A DNA stretch of 64,000 bases, taken from the NCBI GenBank assembly GCA_038087875.1, contig CM075983.1:13454001-13518000 (forward strand), given 5' to 3'. The position numbers were made by a program, and so were the translations under genes. This DNA is from Malacoraja senta (taxonomy: Eukaryota). Numbering within the stretch: the first letter of the stretch is position 1; each line of letters starts with the position of its first letter. Below the pieces are notes generated by a model. The model was not told the DNA's origin. It did not search any database and saw only the letters and a program-made list of their open reading frames with translations. This document shows positions 61,681 through 64,000 of the stretch, one piece after another.

Positions 61681-61959
61681 TCACACCGTGACTGTTTAAA
61701 GAGGTGGCTTCACACTGTGACTGTTTAAGGAGGTGGCTTCACACTGTGACTGTTTAAGGAGGTGGCTTCACACTGTGACTGTGTAAAGGGGGCATTTTCA
61801 CACTGTGACTATGTAATGGAGCAACTTCACACTGTGACTATGTAAACGGACATCTTCACACTCTGATTGTATCAAGCCGCCAACATCACACTGTGACTAT
61901 TTAAAGGGGCATCTTTACACTGTGACTGTGTAAAGAGGCGGCTTCACACTGTGACTATA
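61681..61959. repeat. Minisatellite, 10 units of 29-30 bp with conserved core TCACACTGTGACT
   Basis: Cores start at 61681, 61710, 61739, 61768, 61798, 61827, 61856, 61886, 61915 and 61944; the inter-core sequences are related to each other. Confidence 0.92.
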
Positions 61960-62061
61960 GATTTGCACTTCTCTTGGATTCCGATTCTGAATGAAATCAA
62001 CATCCTGGGGGGGGGGGACAGATTTGCCTTTGGTTCCTTCGACCAAATACATGTAGGATCC

Positions 62062-62190
62062 TGTTCAAGAAGGAACTGCAGATGCTGGAAAATCGAAGGT
62101 AGACAAAAGTGCTGGAGAAACTCAGCGGGTGCGGCAGCATCTATGGAGCGACAGAAATAGGCAACGTTTCGGCCAAAACCCTTCTTCAGA
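62062..62190 (-). mobile_element. PLE terminal fragment with 36-nt extension
   Basis: tgttcaagaaggaactgcagatgctgg...cccttcttcagac, same subfamily as the 23058 and 55231 copies. Confidence 0.8.
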
Positions 62191-63127
62191 CACAGGATCA
62201 TTACCAGTTGCATTGGCCTCCCACATCTGGTTCCACTGTGGGACTAAATCAGCAACATCAGCCAGCTGTTAGTGCTCTTTGAAGCAATTTTTTAATGAGG
62301 TCTCCTCCCTGAGTTAAAATGGCCATAACGTTACAAGCCACAATATCAGAAAATAAGAAGGCAATTCAATCTCCAAGTGTTGCTGGTATAGTTGTGTATT
62401 TTGGACTTGACAGCCTGTTCTGGGAAAGTGTTAGGAAGGAAGGGTGTACACAGCCACATTGCCGGAACATATTCAGAGTGATTACATTTCTGAATTTAAG
62501 ATGCCTTCATCTGTACACCCTTGGGATTGGCATCTGTGCCTGTGCTTGTAATCTGAAATTACTGCTTGTGATTTACACAGTAAAGGAGAGGGGGGGGGAT
62601 ATTTTCATATTATTTTTCAATTTGAATTGTTGCAGAGTGTGGTGTCACATTGGCTGCTGAATGCGACATTTTAGGAAGGAGATGAGGAGAAATTTCTTGT
62701 CAGAGGGTGGTGAATCTGTGGAATTCTTTGCCACAGAAGGCTGTGGAGGCCAAGTCAGTGGATATTTTTATGGCAGAGATGGATAGATTATCGTTTAGTA
62801 CAGGTGCCAGAGGTTAAGGGGAGAAGGCAGGAGAATGGGAGGGATAATTAGGAGAGAGAGATAGATCAGCCACGATTGAATGGTGGAGTAGACTTGATGG
62901 GCCAAATGGCCCAATTCTACTCCTATCACTTATGACCTTATTATAACATTATGTGGAAGTTTTCCCAACACTTTAAGTGCTGCTTGCTTTCTGATAGAGT
63001 ATTAAAGTGGAAGTTTATATCAGGTTTACAAGTACCAGGTATGGATCCAAAAGTAAATTAAGGTCCCTGCTGGACTTCAGTCAGCTTGCTTCAGTTTTTT
63101 CCAAAATCTCCTTTGTTAGAAATATCG

Positions 63128-63595
63128 AGTCATACAGCATGGAAACAGGCCCTTCGACCCAACTTGCCCACGCTGACCAACATGCCCCATCTACACTAGT
63201 CCCACCTGCCTGCGTTTGGCCCACATCCCTCTAAACCCATCCTATCCATGTACCTGTCCAAATGCTTCTTAAATATTGCGATAGGATAGTACCTGCCTCA
63301 ACTACCTCCTCCAGCAGCTCGTTCCATACACCCACCATCCTTGTGTCAAAAAAGTTATCCCTCAGGTTCCTATTAAATCTCTCCACCCCTCATTTTAAAC
63401 CTTTGTCCGCTGGTTCTCGATTTCCCTATTCTGGGCAAAAAAAATGTGCGTTTACCCGATCTATTCCTCTCATGATTTTGCACCCCTCGATAAAATCATC
63501 CCACATTCTCCTGCGCTCCAAGGAATAACCTCACCCTGTAGCTCAGACCCTTGAGTCCTGGCTACATCCTCGTAAATCTTCTCTGCACCCTTCCC
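63128..63595 (-). mobile_element. CR1 LINE 3' fragment
   Basis: Reverse complement of the 38330-38770 CR1 3' region. Confidence 0.85.
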
Positions 63596-64000
63596 AGCTT
63601 GATAAATATGTAAAAAGAGAGCGGGAAGAGGGAAGCAATGTTTCAATGATATTGTTTCAATTTTCAACCCTCCCTCATCTCTTGTTGTCAAGGTGGGATA
63701 GATTTTAATCATTGGACAATCAATCCTGTGTTAAGAAAACAACACACAAGGCTGCAAGAGGAACTCTATTGAAGAGAGAACAGGGGGGGGGGGGGTTGCT
63801 TCAACCAAGTAAGTTAGTTCACAGCTTTAGTACTTCATTGACATCTGGTCACCACTTTACAGGATGCAGGTGAGATTTAGGTGAGATGGCAGGTATCACA
63901 TCCATTTGACATCATTTTTCACACAAATGTTGTGTGCTGAAGGGCCTGTTCCTGTGTTATACTGTTCTACTTTCTATGTTCTGATGCAGCATTTCGACCT

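Noticed and set aside
61681-61959. CRISPR array (palindromic repeat plus variable spacers)
   Set aside because: The linkers are homologous to each other and only 16-17 nt long; eukaryotic context; a diverging minisatellite.
62319-62660. 113-aa ORF
   Set aside because: No domain-like features; within the range expected by chance.
29500-64000. PSMD10, the gene that follows VSIG1 in human
   Set aside because: No ankyrin-repeat exons seen on either strand; it may lie outside the window.

Overview
Vertebrate genomic DNA, most likely an elasmobranch (probably a skate, inferred from the repeat complement). The left half holds a complete 7-exon + strand gene for the CTX-family Ig adhesion protein VSIG1 (8..24299, 354 aa; all splice sites GT-AG and in phase). 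Its intron 2 contains an intron-bearing tRNA-Leu(CAA) on the minus strand and a 108-nt in-frame cassette exon (9958..10065). That exon aligns without gaps to the 36-aa insert I recall from the long human VSIG1 isoform. Downstream lies a single-exon C21orf140/FAM243-like ORF (28615..29436) that looks like a catalytically disabled, domesticated IS630/Tc1/mariner transposase. I could not recognise any host exon from about 29.5 to 64 kb. That region, like the introns, is filled with CR1, Rex/Babar, L2, RTE and Vingi-like LINE fragments, two tRNA-derived SINE families and two DNA-transposon MITEs. There is also a dense set of Penelope-like (PLE) fragments carrying hammerhead-ribozyme-like motifs; five young copies have 11-15 bp target-site duplications (TSDs), and several are fold-back structures. 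One 334-N assembly gap is present. Exon, tRNA, TSD and TIR coordinates were counted from the sequence; LINE/SINE boundaries are approximate. Homologies come from recall of family motifs, not from database searches.
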